From Octopus sinensis (taxonomy: Eukaryota), in contig NC_042998.1 of the NCBI RefSeq assembly GCF_006345805.1, forward strand, positions 88,598,001 through 88,662,000: a stretch of DNA of 64,000 nt, written 5' to 3'. Made by a program: the position numbers and the translations under genes. A model generated the notes under the pieces. That model was not told where the DNA came from, did no database searches, and was given only the letters and a program-made list of their open reading frames with translations. Shown here one piece after another: positions 63,346-64,000 of the stretch. The first letter of the stretch is position 1, and each line of letters begins with the position of its first letter.

Positions 63346-64000
63346 TGACAAAGATTTTGTTGGCTTAACTAGCTGTCAAAACTTCTTCAGCATATCAAAA
63401 TACTGTTCAAAATTGACAAGTTAGTCAATAAAAAATGGCTCAATAATTCTATTGACCCATATAGCTGCTCATGTTGTCTTTGTTGGATTCAGTTCTTTTT
63501 TTTTTTTTTTTTTCAAATTATAAATATTTTTTACAATTACAAAATCATGAAATTGTGAAGTTATAAAGATTAAGTAAATCACATGCTATTGTAAAGATTA
63601 TGTAAAAGTTTCGAGTAAATATATTGTGTATTACTGAATATATGATCAACTAAAATCACCTGTTTTTTTTTAGCCATCCTATGTATATGGGACTGTATAG
63701 ATATACACACCAACATGTGCACATTCATACACACACATAATGAATTTTTGCAATTTCCAACAACTAAATTTCACTCGAAAACTATTGGTTGGCTCAAAGT
63801 TATAGTAGAAGACACTTATCTAAAGTGTCATGCTATGGGATTGAACCTAGAACCATATATGGTTGTGAAGCAAACTTCTTAACCACACAGCCATTCCTCT
63901 GTTCATTGAATTTTCTTTTTTTCTTATGTCTAAAACTGATAGGAACCAGATGAATGATTAGGAGGATTTAGGCCTAATTGATTAAAGTTTACATGGAGAG

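Overview
AT-rich eukaryotic (animal) genomic DNA. The SINE/RTE repertoire and (GAT)n-tailed elements look most like a coleoid cephalopod (Octopus); this is inferred from recalled repeat families, not from a search. No prokaryotic features, CRISPR arrays or rRNA were seen, and no host gene could be identified. The dominant feature is a nearly intact ~5.4 kb Tx1/L1-clade non-LTR retrotransposon (7454-12849, +) with a CCHC-knuckle ORF1 and an APE-RT-Zn ORF2, bounded on both sides by (TC)n like the microsatellite-specific Kibi elements. A much older relic of the same family lies at ~35.9-37.9 kb. The rest is a dense TE graveyard: RTE LINE 3' ends with a hairpin-forming ~61 bp VNTR in the 3'UTR, CR1-like and R4/Dong-like relics, mariner relics, tRNA-derived SINEs, a non-autonomous Helitron, and MITEs of four superfamilies (Mutator-like 9-bp TSD, piggyBac TTAA, mariner TA, hAT-like). 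Host-gene signal is limited to weak splice-signal-based exon and microexon candidates and CpG-retaining candidate promoter regions at ~24-27 kb and ~43.4-44.8 kb.
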